64,000 nt of DNA, taken from positions 14,542 to 78,541 of the forward strand of contig CBDCQR010000004.1 in NCBI GenBank assembly GCA_965220685.1, written 5' to 3'. Positions 1 to 9,864 of this stretch are shown piece after piece. The translations under genes and the position numbers were made by a program. Origin of the DNA: Alphaproteobacteria bacterium. GTDB taxonomy: Bacteria > Pseudomonadota > Alphaproteobacteria > Bin65. The notes under the pieces were generated by a model. The model did not search any database. It saw only the letters and a program-made list of their open reading frames with translations, and was not told the origin of the DNA. How positions within the stretch are numbered: the stretch's first letter is position 1; every line of letters begins with the position of its first letter.

Positions 1-494
1 TCGGGAGGCAGCGCATCATCGACAAGTTTGCCACGTGGGAAGCCGATGGCAGGGCCAGAATAGAAATTCACAACCACAGCTATCGATGTGTTCAGGAAAT
101 CTGCGACGCAGCGGACAAGCTGTTCCCGGACGTGGCGGGAACGATATCGCGAAACCACGCGCGAACGGGACACGACGGTATGTTTCTCGTTCGTCAAAGG
201 GACGTCAGCGCCTACGCGGAAGAGTTTTCTCCTCAATCATTGCGCTACAGCCGCAGAACAAAGAACGTCCCAGGACTCCCATACAACTTCGGCGAAGCGA
301 AGGGGATGACGTTCGACCGTGTATTGATTTTTCCGCACAAGCCGTTGGAAACGTATTGCTTGACCGGCAAGTTAGAGGATGCCGGGAAGGAGTTGCCGAA
401 AACCTATGTGGCAATGACCCGGGCTCGGCAGAGCGTCGGCATTGTCATGCCAAACCGGACGGAAGGGGGAATTGCTCCGGTCTATGTGCCCTAG
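1..494 (+). CDS. UvrD-like (superfamily 1) helicase C-terminus, Gabija GajB-like; 5'-truncated by window edge
   Basis: Frame is open from position 3 and reads ...SYRCVQEICDAADKLFPD...NFGEAKGMTFDRVLIFP...YVAMTRARQSV, i.e. helicase motifs IV-VI of short GajB-type UvrD proteins. Confidence 0.75.
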   Translation, partial: GRQRIIDKFATWEADGRARIEIHNHSYRCVQEICDAADKLFPDVAGTISRNHARTGHDGMFLVRQRDVSAYAEEFSPQSLRYSRRTKNVPGLPYNFGEAKGMTFDRVLIFPHKPLETYCLTGKLEDAGKELPKTYVAMTRARQSVGIVMPNRTEGGIAPVYVP

Positions 495-626
495 TGGATG
501 GATGGTCCGACCCTCCCGAGGACAAAGTGGCTTCTTTCGAAGGCAGGACTTGGACCTGCGGCCTTAGATTGTGGGTTAGTGGATTTGGCAGCGTGAGCGA
601 GGATGGCTCCGCAATGCGGGAACCGT

Positions 627-3600
627 TCAGTTCAGTTCAGTCCCATTCGCCCGCAGGATTTCCAACAATCTTTGAAATCTATGGTCGTGTTCGAGTTCCG
701 ATTGACTGGCTCGTATCGCATTCAAACAGTTGAGCAGATCACGGAACAACCCTCGCGCGTCATTGGCGACAATGCGGTGCAGGAATTCAAGGGCGTGTTC
801 GGGAAACCGATCGTCCTGTCCTGCCTTATGAAGGGCACGTGCAATTCGATCCGGGAATTGTAGCGATCGTAACCAAGAACTGGCCTGCCCCAAAGCGTCG
901 GGGAAGGCGTCCCCTGCAGCGATGCACGCTCGACCGAAGCTCTCCGAAACCGTCGGCGAAATCACATCGGGCGTCTTCGGCCAGATCGACCTCAAAAAAG
1001 GCGCCGCCCGGTTCCTCCAGTACTCGGCTCGCTGGTCGCCAGCGCTGTCGACTGCCCGGAAGAATGTGTCGGCCGCGTGATCGAGCGCCCGCTGTGGAAG
1101 TGCTTCCATGGCGAGTGCCAGTTCGGAGGTTCGGAAAATATCTCCTGGATCAAGCCCGATGAACGTCAGCAGTGAGGCGTACTGTTCCCTGTGCCGACCC
1201 AGCCGGTCGTAGTGCTTCGCCGTATCGAGGAATGCCGGCTTGAGCACCTCCATCAGGGGGCGATGGAGCCTTGGTGACCAAAGGAAGCCCTCCCACGCCG
1301 AGCGGGCCTCTGCTTCGGAATTCTCCCACTCGAAGAGCGGAAGCATGAACTGCGCCGTCCAATCGGGGTCCACCCGAAACAACGAAATGACGTGAGTTGC
1401 CAGCAACACACGGCCATGACGAAATTTCACCGTCTCCGTCTCGCAGAGCTGACTGAACCGCCGCCTTGGCTCGTCGGCAAGGCGCTGTTCGTCTTCCAGA
1501 ATCCCTCGGTACCACCACTGAAGCAGGGCCTCCGTCACATGCCCCACCGGATGGTTGATGGCTCGACCGACGATATCCTCGTTCTCGTCTTCGACGTCGT
1601 AGTCGAGCGCCAATACCCGGTCGCACAACGAAAGGAACGTTCCCTCCTGCCCCACAAAGGTCCGGGAGAGCTTCTCCAGCCACCAACTCAGTCCGTGCTC
1701 AAGCTTCTTCAGTACCTCGTCCGGCGCGTCAGCCAATACCCGAGCCATCTCGCGCCAGGAGCGTTCCCTCAGCTCGTCCTCGGACCACCGCTGGAGAGCT
1801 TCGCGCCACCGAGCGGTCAGCCATGTTCCTTCCGCTGCCAACGCAGCAAGTGCCGACGCGGTGCCGTCAAAGTCGTTTCGGCAGCGCTCCTGCCAATCAT
1901 CGGGTCGCCAGTGATCCGGCTCTGGATTCTCGCGAAGCCAATCCACGAGCTCGTCACTATCTCCCGGCGTCGTGACGTGGACGCGTAACTCTCCGGCGTC
2001 CCCCGACCAGGTAGGAAACTCATCCCGTTCGTTCTCGGCGAGTTGCCACTCAGGGTACTTCGCGGATAGTGCGCTCAGTCGTTCCTGCGAAGCGCCGCTC
2101 AGTCTCACGCCCCCCTGGTCGATCTTGGCCAGTCGAACCCAGACACTGCTTTCCTGGATCTGTGCCCAGCGCTCGTCTTCGATGTCCGCCCTGTACATGT
2201 CGCGTGGTGGACCGGCGAGTATGGCGCGCTCAAGACTGGCCAGTTCGTGTTCGTCGAGTTGCCACGCTAGGGCGACGAGCAACCGCATGCATTCTCGCTG
2301 GGTCTCCACCGACCACAGCCACCAGCGGTCATCGGCCAGCAGCCACCCCAGTCCCTGGCTGTGGGGAACGACACCGTGCTGCGCCGCGGCAAAGAGGGTC
2401 AGGCGACGGAAGACAGGGTAACGAATCTGCGACCAGACTTCCGCCCTGCGATACGCTTGTTCGCCCGATTCAGCGGCCATGGCCAACCAGGCGTCCCGAC
2501 TCAGTTCGATCAGCGCCGTCCAGTCTCTGAAAGACGAATTCTGCGGGTGCTCGCTGATCGATGGTTGGCTCACATACGACAAGTCGCTCTTCTCGTCCGC
2601 CCCACCAAGCTCCCGCATGAGGTCGAGCGTATCGCGAAGCAGTCCGGTTACGTCATCAAGCAGCTTTGCCAGGGCAGCAGTCCAGTTATTGCTGCCCTTC
2701 AACTCGCGCAGAGCTCCGTGCACATGGCTAGTCGAAAGAACAATCTCCCAGTCAACAAGTTGCCGTATGCCCCTTGGGTCTTCCTGATCCTCGCCGAAAG
2801 GCCATCGGAACGGCTCGCGCAACAACACGCGCGGGCTCAGCATCTCTCTCAGTTCCAAACGTAGGGTGGTTGTCAGCCCGTCTCTCTCGAAACGGCTCCG
2901 CCACCTGTAGAGATCAAGGTCCGGTCCGGGCAGCTTGACTCGTTGGGACAGTAAAAGTCCCCAAAGCGTGCGCATCCTGGAATCCGGGATTGCGTCGGGA
3001 GCATCGCTACGGATGCGACCCATTTGCTCGCGGTCGCCTTGGCTCTCCAGGTCGGAGAGCGCTTCCAGGCGAGACGCTATCTGATCCGCCCAATTCGTGT
3101 GCAGTCTACCGCCTTGCTTGACCAGCCAAAGAAGCAGGGTGGGGTTGTTGAGATGACGGTTCAGCCAGCGTTTGAGCTGCCACATCACCTCGTCAAGTTG
3201 ACTCTCCTGGACATCTGAAGCAGCGAGTGCCATCTGCGGAGCCAAGTGGTACGGCGTGGGTCTACGCGTCAAACTAAATGCGAGCTCCTTATCCACGCTC
3301 CCTCGGGGAGGAACTCCAAAGCGAATCAGATCGGCGTGACCGAAGCGGTCCTCGCAGAGCGGTTCGAGCCAATCGAGAGAAGGCACTGGATTCATCTCCG
3401 CGAATCTCCTGGCTGGAACGCCACGAGGATCGCTCAGCGCCCACAGCATGCGGCTGACAAAATCATCCTGGCTGGTGGCCGTGCTCGGACGTGCCATGGC
3501 GTACTCGATGACAATGCGTTCCTTTCCGCGCGCGCCATCGCGATAGGTGTCGGCCCAGGCGCGAAGCGTCCTGTGCAGATAGGCATGACGCCAGTGTTCC

Positions 3601-4412
3601 CGGTAGAGGATGGGTATCACGTTCTTGGCGCGCCAATCGTTGGCGCGCGCCGCTTCCTGGCCTCGGGAGTAGCTTCCGAAGGCGAACATTTCAGGTGGCG
3701 ATTCGCCAAGTAGCCGATCCGCCGCGAGGGCATCCATCATGTAGCGCAGGACAGGGTCTTCGATACTGTATCCAACGAAACACACGACGAAATTCTGGAT
3801 CAGCTCGCTGACGAACCGTGCCGCCCAACGTTCTGTAAGGTAGGCGAGGCCGAAGTCGCCGCTGGAAACGACAATATTGTCAAGGTTCTTGCCGACCGGA
3901 TCTCCGGGCAAAAGACCATGGAGATATACCAGTCCGTCCCAGCGATTCTTGGGCACTGGAAGCAATGGGGCCTCGAATCGTTTCGTCGACGGCCCCCCAT
4001 TCTGGATTACATGCTCGAACAGACGATCGAAGTTCGTGGTGATCAGCCGCGTTCGGCGTTCCCGGCATTTACCCAGCGTCAGCAGCGCGCCGTGGGTTGC
4101 CGTCGCATTGGGGATCGAAAGGTCCGGCTTGAGGATCTCCGCGATCATCTCGCGCACCACGCGGCGTTCGCCGACGATGTTTGCCTCAAGCAGACCGACA
4201 GCGGTGTCGTACCGCCGGTCTTTAATGGCGGCAGCCTGCACGGCGCTGGGTGCGATCCCCAGCCGAGAATACAATTCCTTCACCAGCTTGGCGAAGCCTG
4301 GCAAACGCGCGGGATAGGATATTCCCGCTCCGCAAAAAAACACCACCCGCCCGTCTTCATGCGCCTGCAACAGGCTCTCGGGTACGTCCGGACCTCCTTT
4401 CACAAACTGCAT
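627..4412 (-). CDS. dsr1: Anti-phage defence-associated sirtuin, Dsr1-type (N-terminal SIR2 NADase plus long helical C-terminal region), 1261 aa
   Basis: N-terminus MQF..GPD.P..LLQAHE.GRVVFFCGAGIS, TTNFD, YLHG and FVGYSIEDP are SIR2 motifs; N-terminus and length match the Dsr1 family as I recognise it. Confidence 0.85.
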   Translation of the reverse strand: MQFVKGGPDVPESLLQAHEDGRVVFFCGAGISYPARLPGFAKLVKELYSRLGIAPSAVQAAAIKDRRYDTAVGLLEANIVGERRVVREMIAEILKPDLSIPNATATHGALLTLGKCRERRTRLITTNFDRLFEHVIQNGGPSTKRFEAPLLPVPKNRWDGLVYLHGLLPGDPVGKNLDNIVVSSGDFGLAYLTERWAARFVSELIQNFVVCFVGYSIEDPVLRYMMDALAADRLLGESPPEMFAFGSYSRGQEAARANDWRAKNVIPILYREHWRHAYLHRTLRAWADTYRDGARGKERIVIEYAMARPSTATSQDDFVSRMLWALSDPRGVPARRFAEMNPVPSLDWLEPLCEDRFGHADLIRFGVPPRGSVDKELAFSLTRRPTPYHLAPQMALAASDVQESQLDEVMWQLKRWLNRHLNNPTLLLWLVKQGGRLHTNWADQIASRLEALSDLESQGDREQMGRIRSDAPDAIPDSRMRTLWGLLLSQRVKLPGPDLDLYRWRSRFERDGLTTTLRLELREMLSPRVLLREPFRWPFGEDQEDPRGIRQLVDWEIVLSTSHVHGALRELKGSNNWTAALAKLLDDVTGLLRDTLDLMRELGGADEKSDLSYVSQPSISEHPQNSSFRDWTALIELSRDAWLAMAAESGEQAYRRAEVWSQIRYPVFRRLTLFAAAQHGVVPHSQGLGWLLADDRWWLWSVETQRECMRLLVALAWQLDEHELASLERAILAGPPRDMYRADIEDERWAQIQESSVWVRLAKIDQGGVRLSGASQERLSALSAKYPEWQLAENERDEFPTWSGDAGELRVHVTTPGDSDELVDWLRENPEPDHWRPDDWQERCRNDFDGTASALAALAAEGTWLTARWREALQRWSEDELRERSWREMARVLADAPDEVLKKLEHGLSWWLEKLSRTFVGQEGTFLSLCDRVLALDYDVEDENEDIVGRAINHPVGHVTEALLQWWYRGILEDEQRLADEPRRRFSQLCETETVKFRHGRVLLATHVISLFRVDPDWTAQFMLPLFEWENSEAEARSAWEGFLWSPRLHRPLMEVLKPAFLDTAKHYDRLGRHREQYASLLTFIGLDPGDIFRTSELALAMEALPQRALDHAADTFFRAVDSAGDQRAEYWRNRAAPFLRSIWPKTPDVISPTVSESFGRACIAAGDAFPDALGQASSWLRSLQFPDRIARALHKAGQDDRFPEHALEFLHRIVANDARGLFRDLLNCLNAIRASQSELEHDHRFQRLLEILRANGTELN

Positions 4413-4812
4413 GTGGGTACTCCCCGGTTCATCTGTACTCGGCCTCCTTCCACTCGGATTGCGCTAGCCCGACTGGTAAGCGCGAGTTGTGCTCGATGCC
4501 AACCACAATTCGTGCTGTCCAAGTCATGAAACTCGCTATACCCAGCAATGTTGGCTCTCACGCATGCGATAGGTCGCACACTAATCCAATTGGCGACTTT
4601 CGCCATGCGCCATGCGAGACCCGGTGCGCGAATTCCAGCTCCTTATAGACCGCCGCGCTTCGAGTTGACGACAATCCCGGACACTATGTCTGGCCGTTAT
4701 CCTGCCCCAGGCGGCGGTGCATTCATCGTGACCCGCGAACTGAGTGTTCTTTGCAAGGTATTCGGTTGGGCAATGGCCCAATTTAGTAGTCGGAAAAAAT
4801 GCTGTGCGATGC

Positions 4813-6009
4813 CTAGCCACTCCGCCGGGACAGAAGCGCGGACAGACCGCCCCAATGACCGTCGTCTGACGGCGCCGGTGCGGGAGGTCTGAAAAGCGCT
4901 TCGAGAATTAGGAGCCGCTCGTTTTCGTCGACCGTAGCCGCCCCTTCCCTGGTCAGCGCGAGGAAAGTCGTCGTCATCGTCTCCCGCAATCTCGCATCCG
5001 CGCTCCGTTCGACGTTCGTGACGAACAATCGGGCGACGTGCTTCAGCCCCCACAGGGCGGTCAACGCAGGGATCGACACGAATGCGAGGGTGGTAAAAGG
5101 ACCTGCATTATTCGATGCCGAAACGTCCTCAAGAAATTCGGGCCCGAAGACAACGAGGACGCCAATGATCGCAATTGCGATGATCGAAAACGCAAACAGC
5201 GACCGCTTCGCAACCTTCGACATGGTATCGGCTTGATCTCGCCAGTATTTCACCGGGGATTCCAGCCGCAACTGGCTTTCGAAAGTGCTCCGAAGCACCT
5301 CCCACTCGCCTTGAGCCGTATCGGAGAAAGCAGCCCAGTCGGATTGTTCCTTCTTCAACTTGCGAGTAGATTCTTCAACCGAACTCGTCGCGGCTTCCTT
5401 CAGTTCTCTTTGGTCGTTTCTCGCCTGAACCGCAATGTAGTCGAATTCCTTCAATTGTTTGTCGATCTGGTATTTATGCTCGGGAAGGTCGGACCGTCGC
5501 ACCACATTCGCCGGGTGGCACAGGGCGTATCCCGACAGAACAACGCTGAGCTCGCTCTCGTTCGAACCCCACTTGCGCAATATGTCGATAGCGGGTATCC
5601 CCAGATTTGAAGCCAGAGCGCCTATGGCCAATAGTTGTCTGTCACTGTGCTTCATCGTCAATATTTCGTCGCCAATTCGACTTGCCGAATATATCGAACG
5701 ATAGTCGGCGTACTGTTCGAACTGTTCATTGATCGACTCCAGGGCTGCGCGCAGTTCATCACCTTGCAAATCCGCAACTCTCTCAAGCGATTCGCTTATC
5801 GCACGAGGCAACTGAATCTGCCGTTCGAGTATATACGATACTGCAGAACCGCTAGTTCCCGGAATCTCATATCGTTTCCACGCATTTACTTCCCGATCGA
5901 CCCAGTTCTTCGCCTCTTCGAGAGTGCAAAATGCGACCTTCCCTCCGTTATCCCCGAGATCGGCTTCGATGATCGGTTCGTCTTCAATCTGCGCGCTGTC
6001 GGTGCTCAT
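4813..6009 (-). CDS. Coiled-coil protein with two C-terminal TM helices, DUF6161-like
   Basis: 398-aa ORF with a long helical region, then L.LESPVKYW, two hydrophobic helices and ERLLILEALFRP, a pattern resembling DUF6161. Confidence 0.6.
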   Translation of the reverse strand: MSTDSAQIEDEPIIEADLGDNGGKVAFCTLEEAKNWVDREVNAWKRYEIPGTSGSAVSYILERQIQLPRAISESLERVADLQGDELRAALESINEQFEQYADYRSIYSASRIGDEILTMKHSDRQLLAIGALASNLGIPAIDILRKWGSNESELSVVLSGYALCHPANVVRRSDLPEHKYQIDKQLKEFDYIAVQARNDQRELKEAATSSVEESTRKLKKEQSDWAAFSDTAQGEWEVLRSTFESQLRLESPVKYWRDQADTMSKVAKRSLFAFSIIAIAIIGVLVVFGPEFLEDVSASNNAGPFTTLAFVSIPALTALWGLKHVARLFVTNVERSADARLRETMTTTFLALTREGAATVDENERLLILEALFRPPAPAPSDDGHWGGLSALLSRRSG

Positions 6010-6143
6010 TCCTGTATCCTCACCTCAAATTCACGGCCTGGGCATCTTAGTCGGACTCGAAGGCGCAGGGGATGGCGAGCTCCGTCGGATGAATCTCCAG
6101 CGACCCGATCGGCCGTGACCCCTCGCGCCGAACGGCCGGCTCC

Positions 6144-7355
6144 CTACCGCTCGGACCCACTCGTCGCTGCTGCACTTTCGCCGTGCAGGAAGTCCCCGGC
6201 AATGCTGTCCGAGACCCGCGCCGCGGAAGCCCTGACCGAATCCCGCTCCAGATGCGCATAGCGCGATGTGGTCCGGATCTGCCTGTGGCCGAGCAGCTTT
6301 GCGATCGCCGGCAGGCTCTCGCCGAGCGCCAGCGCCCGCGAGGCGAAGGAATGACGGCAGTCGTGGATACGGACATCGTCGAGCCCGGCGCGTTTCCGCA
6401 CGACCCGCCACGGGTCGTCCAGGTTGACCATGTGCGTACCCGGCTTCCGGCCGGGGATGACCCAGGGACTGTCCAAAAGGCGCGGCAGTTCCTCCAGCAC
6501 CCGGACCGCCGGAGGCGACAGCGGCACCGCGCGCGGACCGGTCTTGCTGTCGCCGAGCCGGAGCTCAGCCGCCGCCAGGTCCACGTCCTGCCATTTCAGG
6601 GACAGGATCTCGCTCTTGCGGCACCCGGTCAGCAACAGCAGCCGGATCGCCGCCGCCGCGTGACCGGACACCCCGCCGTCCGCCGCCGCCCGGTCGAGCA
6701 CCGCCCCGAGACGGCGGAACTCCGTATCGGTCAGGAACCGCTCGCGCCGCCGCTCCCGATGCCGGACAATGCCCCGGCACGGGTTCGTGCCGTCCGGCAC
6801 CATCCCCCAGGCCGCCGCTGCCCCGTACATGCGCGAGAGCAAAGCCACCGCGTGGTTCGCCGCGTAGGGGGCACCGCTCATCCGGGCATGGAACACCGCC
6901 ACGCCTTCGCGTTCCACCGCCAGCAGCGGGAGCCTGCCGAACGCGGGCAGGATGTGCCTGTCGACCAGCTTCCGCATGGCCACCGCCGACGACTCCCTGC
7001 AACGCACCGCGACATGCTCCTCCATGTAGCGCGCGGCCAGGTCGGCCACCGTCGGCCCGCCTGCGAGCCCGGCCGGCAACGCTTCCGCAACCGGTTCCTC
7101 CCCCGCCTTGATCCGGTTGACGATCCGCGCCGCCCGGCGGCGCGCATCGTCGGCGCCGATCACCCCGTGCCGGCCCACCGTCACCCGCACCGACTTCCCG
7201 TCCGCCCGGCTCTGCACGACATACATCTTTGTGCCCGAGGGATAGACCCTGACACCGAACCCCGGCAGGTCCCGGTCCCAGAACACCGTATCCTTCTTCA
7301 CCGCGAGCGCCTCGACCGTGCGCCGCGAGATCGACCGCCGGTTCAGCTTGGCCAT
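6144..7355 (-). CDS. Tyrosine recombinase/integrase with N-terminal arm-DNA-binding domain (copy 2)
   Basis: Start MAKLNRRSISRRTVEAL at 7355; WDRDLPGFGVRV arm domain; catalytic LTGCRKSEI, HDCRHSFAS, LLGH, TSRYAH. Confidence 0.92.
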   Translation of the reverse strand: MAKLNRRSISRRTVEALAVKKDTVFWDRDLPGFGVRVYPSGTKMYVVQSRADGKSVRVTVGRHGVIGADDARRRAARIVNRIKAGEEPVAEALPAGLAGGPTVADLAARYMEEHVAVRCRESSAVAMRKLVDRHILPAFGRLPLLAVEREGVAVFHARMSGAPYAANHAVALLSRMYGAAAAWGMVPDGTNPCRGIVRHRERRRERFLTDTEFRRLGAVLDRAAADGGVSGHAAAAIRLLLLTGCRKSEILSLKWQDVDLAAAELRLGDSKTGPRAVPLSPPAVRVLEELPRLLDSPWVIPGRKPGTHMVNLDDPWRVVRKRAGLDDVRIHDCRHSFASRALALGESLPAIAKLLGHRQIRTTSRYAHLERDSVRASAARVSDSIAGDFLHGESAAATSGSER

Positions 7356-8548
7356 GGCGAACCCTCCGCCTCTTCCGCCGCCAGGAGGTCGGAACCGATG
7401 CTGCCGCCGACCTTCGCCGCCGAGGCCCTCTCCGTGTCGCGCTCCAGATGGGCGTAGCGGGCGGTGGTCTCGATCCTGCTGTGACCCAACAGCTTCCCGA
7501 TCATGCTCAGGCTCTCGCCGAGCGCCAACGCACGGCTCGCCCAGGAGTGCCGCAGGTCGTGGATGCGCACCCCGCCGACCCCGGCCTCGGCCAGCACCAG
7601 GGCCCACGGATCGGAGATGTTCACAAGACGGGCGCCCGGCTTGCGCCCGACGATCACCCACGGATTGTCCGGAACCCGGGGAATGCTCTCCAGCACGCCC
7701 CGCACCGCCGGCGTCAGCGGCACCATGCGCGCGCCGGTCTTGCCGTCGCGCAGCCGCAACTCGCCAGCCGCCCGGTCCACATCGTCCCAGCGCAGCTCAA
7801 GCACTTCGTTGCGCCGGCATCCGGTCAGCACCAGAAGCCGGATCGCCGCCGCCGCACGCCGCGACACCCTTCCCATGCATTCCAGCCGATCGAGCGCGCG
7901 GCCGAGGCGGCGGTACTCCGCGTCCGTCAGGAACCGCTCGCGCGGCCGCGTCCGGTACGGGCGCACCGCGCGGCACGGGTTCGGCCCGGCCTCGCGCAGA
8001 CCCCATTCCACGGCCAGCGAAAGCATCTTGCCGACGATCTTGAGCGCCATGTTCGCCGCATGCGGCGCGCCGCGCATCGCATAGTGCAGGTCCGTCACAT
8101 GTTCGCGCCCGACCGCGCCGACCGGCATCTCTCCCAGAACGGGCAGGATGTGTTTGTCGAGCGCCCGGCGGTAGACCGCCGCGCTCGACGCCCTGCAGCG
8201 CGCCGCCACATGGTCGCGCATGTAGCGCTCCGCGACGACCGCCATGGTCGGCGCGGGTTCCGGCGCCGGCGGCAGCGGATCCCGGCCCCGCTTGATGCGG
8301 TCGATGGCCTCCGCCGCGCTGCGGCGCGCCTGCTCGGCGGAGACGTCGCCGTGCCGTCCCAGCGTCGCGCGCCGCGAACCGCCGGGGCCCCGGCTCTGGA
8401 CCACATACTTCTTCAGGCCCGAGGGATAGACCCTGACGCCGAAGCCCGGCATATCCCGGTCCCAGTAGACGGCATCGCGGCCTTCGACCGACAATGCCTC
8501 GACGGTGCGTTTCGTGATCGCCGTTTCCTGGCGTTTCGGCATCGGCAT
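7343..8548 (-). CDS. Tyrosine recombinase/integrase with N-terminal arm-DNA-binding domain (copy 1)
   Basis: WDRDMPGFGVRV; catalytic LTGCRRNEV, HDLRHSWAS, LLGH, TARYAH; overlaps the start of copy 2 by 13 bp. Confidence 0.92.
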   Translation of the reverse strand: MPMPKRQETAITKRTVEALSVEGRDAVYWDRDMPGFGVRVYPSGLKKYVVQSRGPGGSRRATLGRHGDVSAEQARRSAAEAIDRIKRGRDPLPPAPEPAPTMAVVAERYMRDHVAARCRASSAAVYRRALDKHILPVLGEMPVGAVGREHVTDLHYAMRGAPHAANMALKIVGKMLSLAVEWGLREAGPNPCRAVRPYRTRPRERFLTDAEYRRLGRALDRLECMGRVSRRAAAAIRLLVLTGCRRNEVLELRWDDVDRAAGELRLRDGKTGARMVPLTPAVRGVLESIPRVPDNPWVIVGRKPGARLVNISDPWALVLAEAGVGGVRIHDLRHSWASRALALGESLSMIGKLLGHSRIETTARYAHLERDTERASAAKVGGSIGSDLLAAEEAEGSPWPS

Positions 8549-8783
8549 CCCCGCGGTTGCTTCCTATCCGCTTGCCGGCTCCGCTAAATCCGTAAGCACC
8601 AAGCAAGCGACCGGCTTCCAGTCGGCGTCGATACTGGTGGATTGGAGTCGGCGATGCAAGTGCGAAATGGAGACAGATGAATTAAAAATATTTCTATATA
8701 TCAACAGGTTATCATAGAATTGCCGTTACCTGCCCGTCCCTGGCTTACCTAGTCTCCCATTGGCGAATCCATTCCAAATACTA

Positions 8784-8949
8784 CACCATGAAATGTCAGG
8801 ATTCGTCATGTTCGGCTTTCGTGCCGTCCCGTTCGCCCTCGTCCGCCATTCCGACCGGAGCCGCCCATCGGTCGGGATGACGCGGAGGAAGAGCGCCCGG
8901 TCGCGGTGACGGAAGGGAAGGTCGCGATGTGTCATGAAATGTCATGATG
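8784..8949. repeat. Two clusters of 10-bp-phased (T/C)GTCATGANN repeats flanking a short hairpin element
   Basis: 8784 CACCATGAAA-TGTCAGGATT-CGTCATGTTC and 8920 GGTCGCGATG-TGTCATGAAA-TGTCATGATG, with CATTCCGACC...GGTCGGGATG between them; same motif family as 53598-54386. Confidence 0.75.
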
Positions 8950-8991
8950 CGGTGCGGGACCACGGGAGCTCGGCCGAATCAGTAATTTTTC

Positions 8992-9020
8992 ATAATATAG
9001 GGTTTATTCCAAATATTCAA
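8992..9020 (-). promoter_or_regulatory. Putative sigma70 promoter pointing toward the repeat clusters and integrases
   Basis: Minus strand reads TTGAAT-N17-TATTAT. Confidence 0.5.
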
Positions 9021-9198
9021 GATGACCGGTCATTTTTTTCAGGAGCCGACGGCGGCGTGGGACATCGCGGGCGAGGCGCGTTCTTGCGGCGGTACGCGGC
9101 GGCGCGCTAGGTTCCGGCCGATGCCGGAGATCGGGCGGCGGACTCCCGCCGGGCCATCTTCGGGCAACGGAAAACCGATCAGGGAAGGGAGTGCCCCG

Positions 9199-9834
9199 AT
9201 GAAGCTCTACTACGATCCGCGCACGGTGAACTGCCGCAAGGTTGTGGCCGGTTTCAAGCATATGGGCGTGGAATTCGACTCCGTGGATGTCGACTATTTC
9301 ACCCAGGGCCAGCAGTCGCCGGACTATATGGCGATCAACCCCAACGCCGCCCTGCCCGCGCTGGTCGACGGCGATCTCAAGCTCTGGGAATCCAACGCGA
9401 TCCTGCAATACGGAGCGGACAAGGTGGGCGCCGAAGCGGCCTATCCGTCCGACCTGGCGACTCGGGCCGACGTCAACCGCTGGCTGCTCTGGGAATCGAG
9501 CGCCTGGTTCCCGACCTGCTACGTCTACCTGGTCGAGAATGTCGTGAAGCCGATCCTCGAAGCGGAGCCGGACCAGGCGATCCTCGACGGCGAGGGGCCG
9601 AATTTCCACAAGCACGCCGCGATTCTCGACGACCGGCTCGACGGGCAGGACTGGCTGTGCGGCACGCCGGAGCCGACCATCGCCGACATCGCGGTCGCAT
9701 CGCCGATGCACCTGCACCAGTATCAGCAGCTCCCGCTCGGCGAGCACCCGAACCTGCAGGCCTGGATGGGCCGGATGGAGGCGCTGCCGGCGTGGGAGAG
9801 CACCGACGTCGCGCCGCTGCTCGGCCTCGCCTGA
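9199..9834 (+). CDS. Glutathione S-transferase family protein
   Basis: [41 protein letters not shown]; AGGGAAGGGAG RBS upstream. Confidence 0.9.
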   Translation: MKLYYDPRTVNCRKVVAGFKHMGVEFDSVDVDYFTQGQQSPDYMAINPNAALPALVDGDLKLWESNAILQYGADKVGAEAAYPSDLATRADVNRWLLWESSAWFPTCYVYLVENVVKPILEAEPDQAILDGEGPNFHKHAAILDDRLDGQDWLCGTPEPTIADIAVASPMHLHQYQQLPLGEHPNLQAWMGRMEALPAWESTDVAPLLGLA

Positions 9835-9864
9835 GCCGCATCGCCGGTCCGGTGCAGGGCCCCA

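Larger units (their letters stand above)
1..8780. mobile_element. Right end of an integrative defence island
   Basis: Tandem integrases flank defence genes; bases 1-6100 look less GC-rich than the rest of the window (visual estimate); AT-rich tract near 8690-8720. The att site was not identified. Confidence 0.6.

Noticed and set aside
4413-4812. Small gene between the DUF6161-like gene and dsr1
   Set aside because: Candidate ORFs (4400-4606, 4581-4820) have no recognisable motif or RBS.
7356-7661. N-terminal extension of integrase copy 2 in the ORF track
   Set aside because: It overlaps integrase copy 1 in another frame; homology starts at MAKLNRR (7355).
8550-9000. tRNA or tmRNA integration site beside the integrases
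   Set aside because: No cloverleaf or T-loop GTTCRA motif could be identified.
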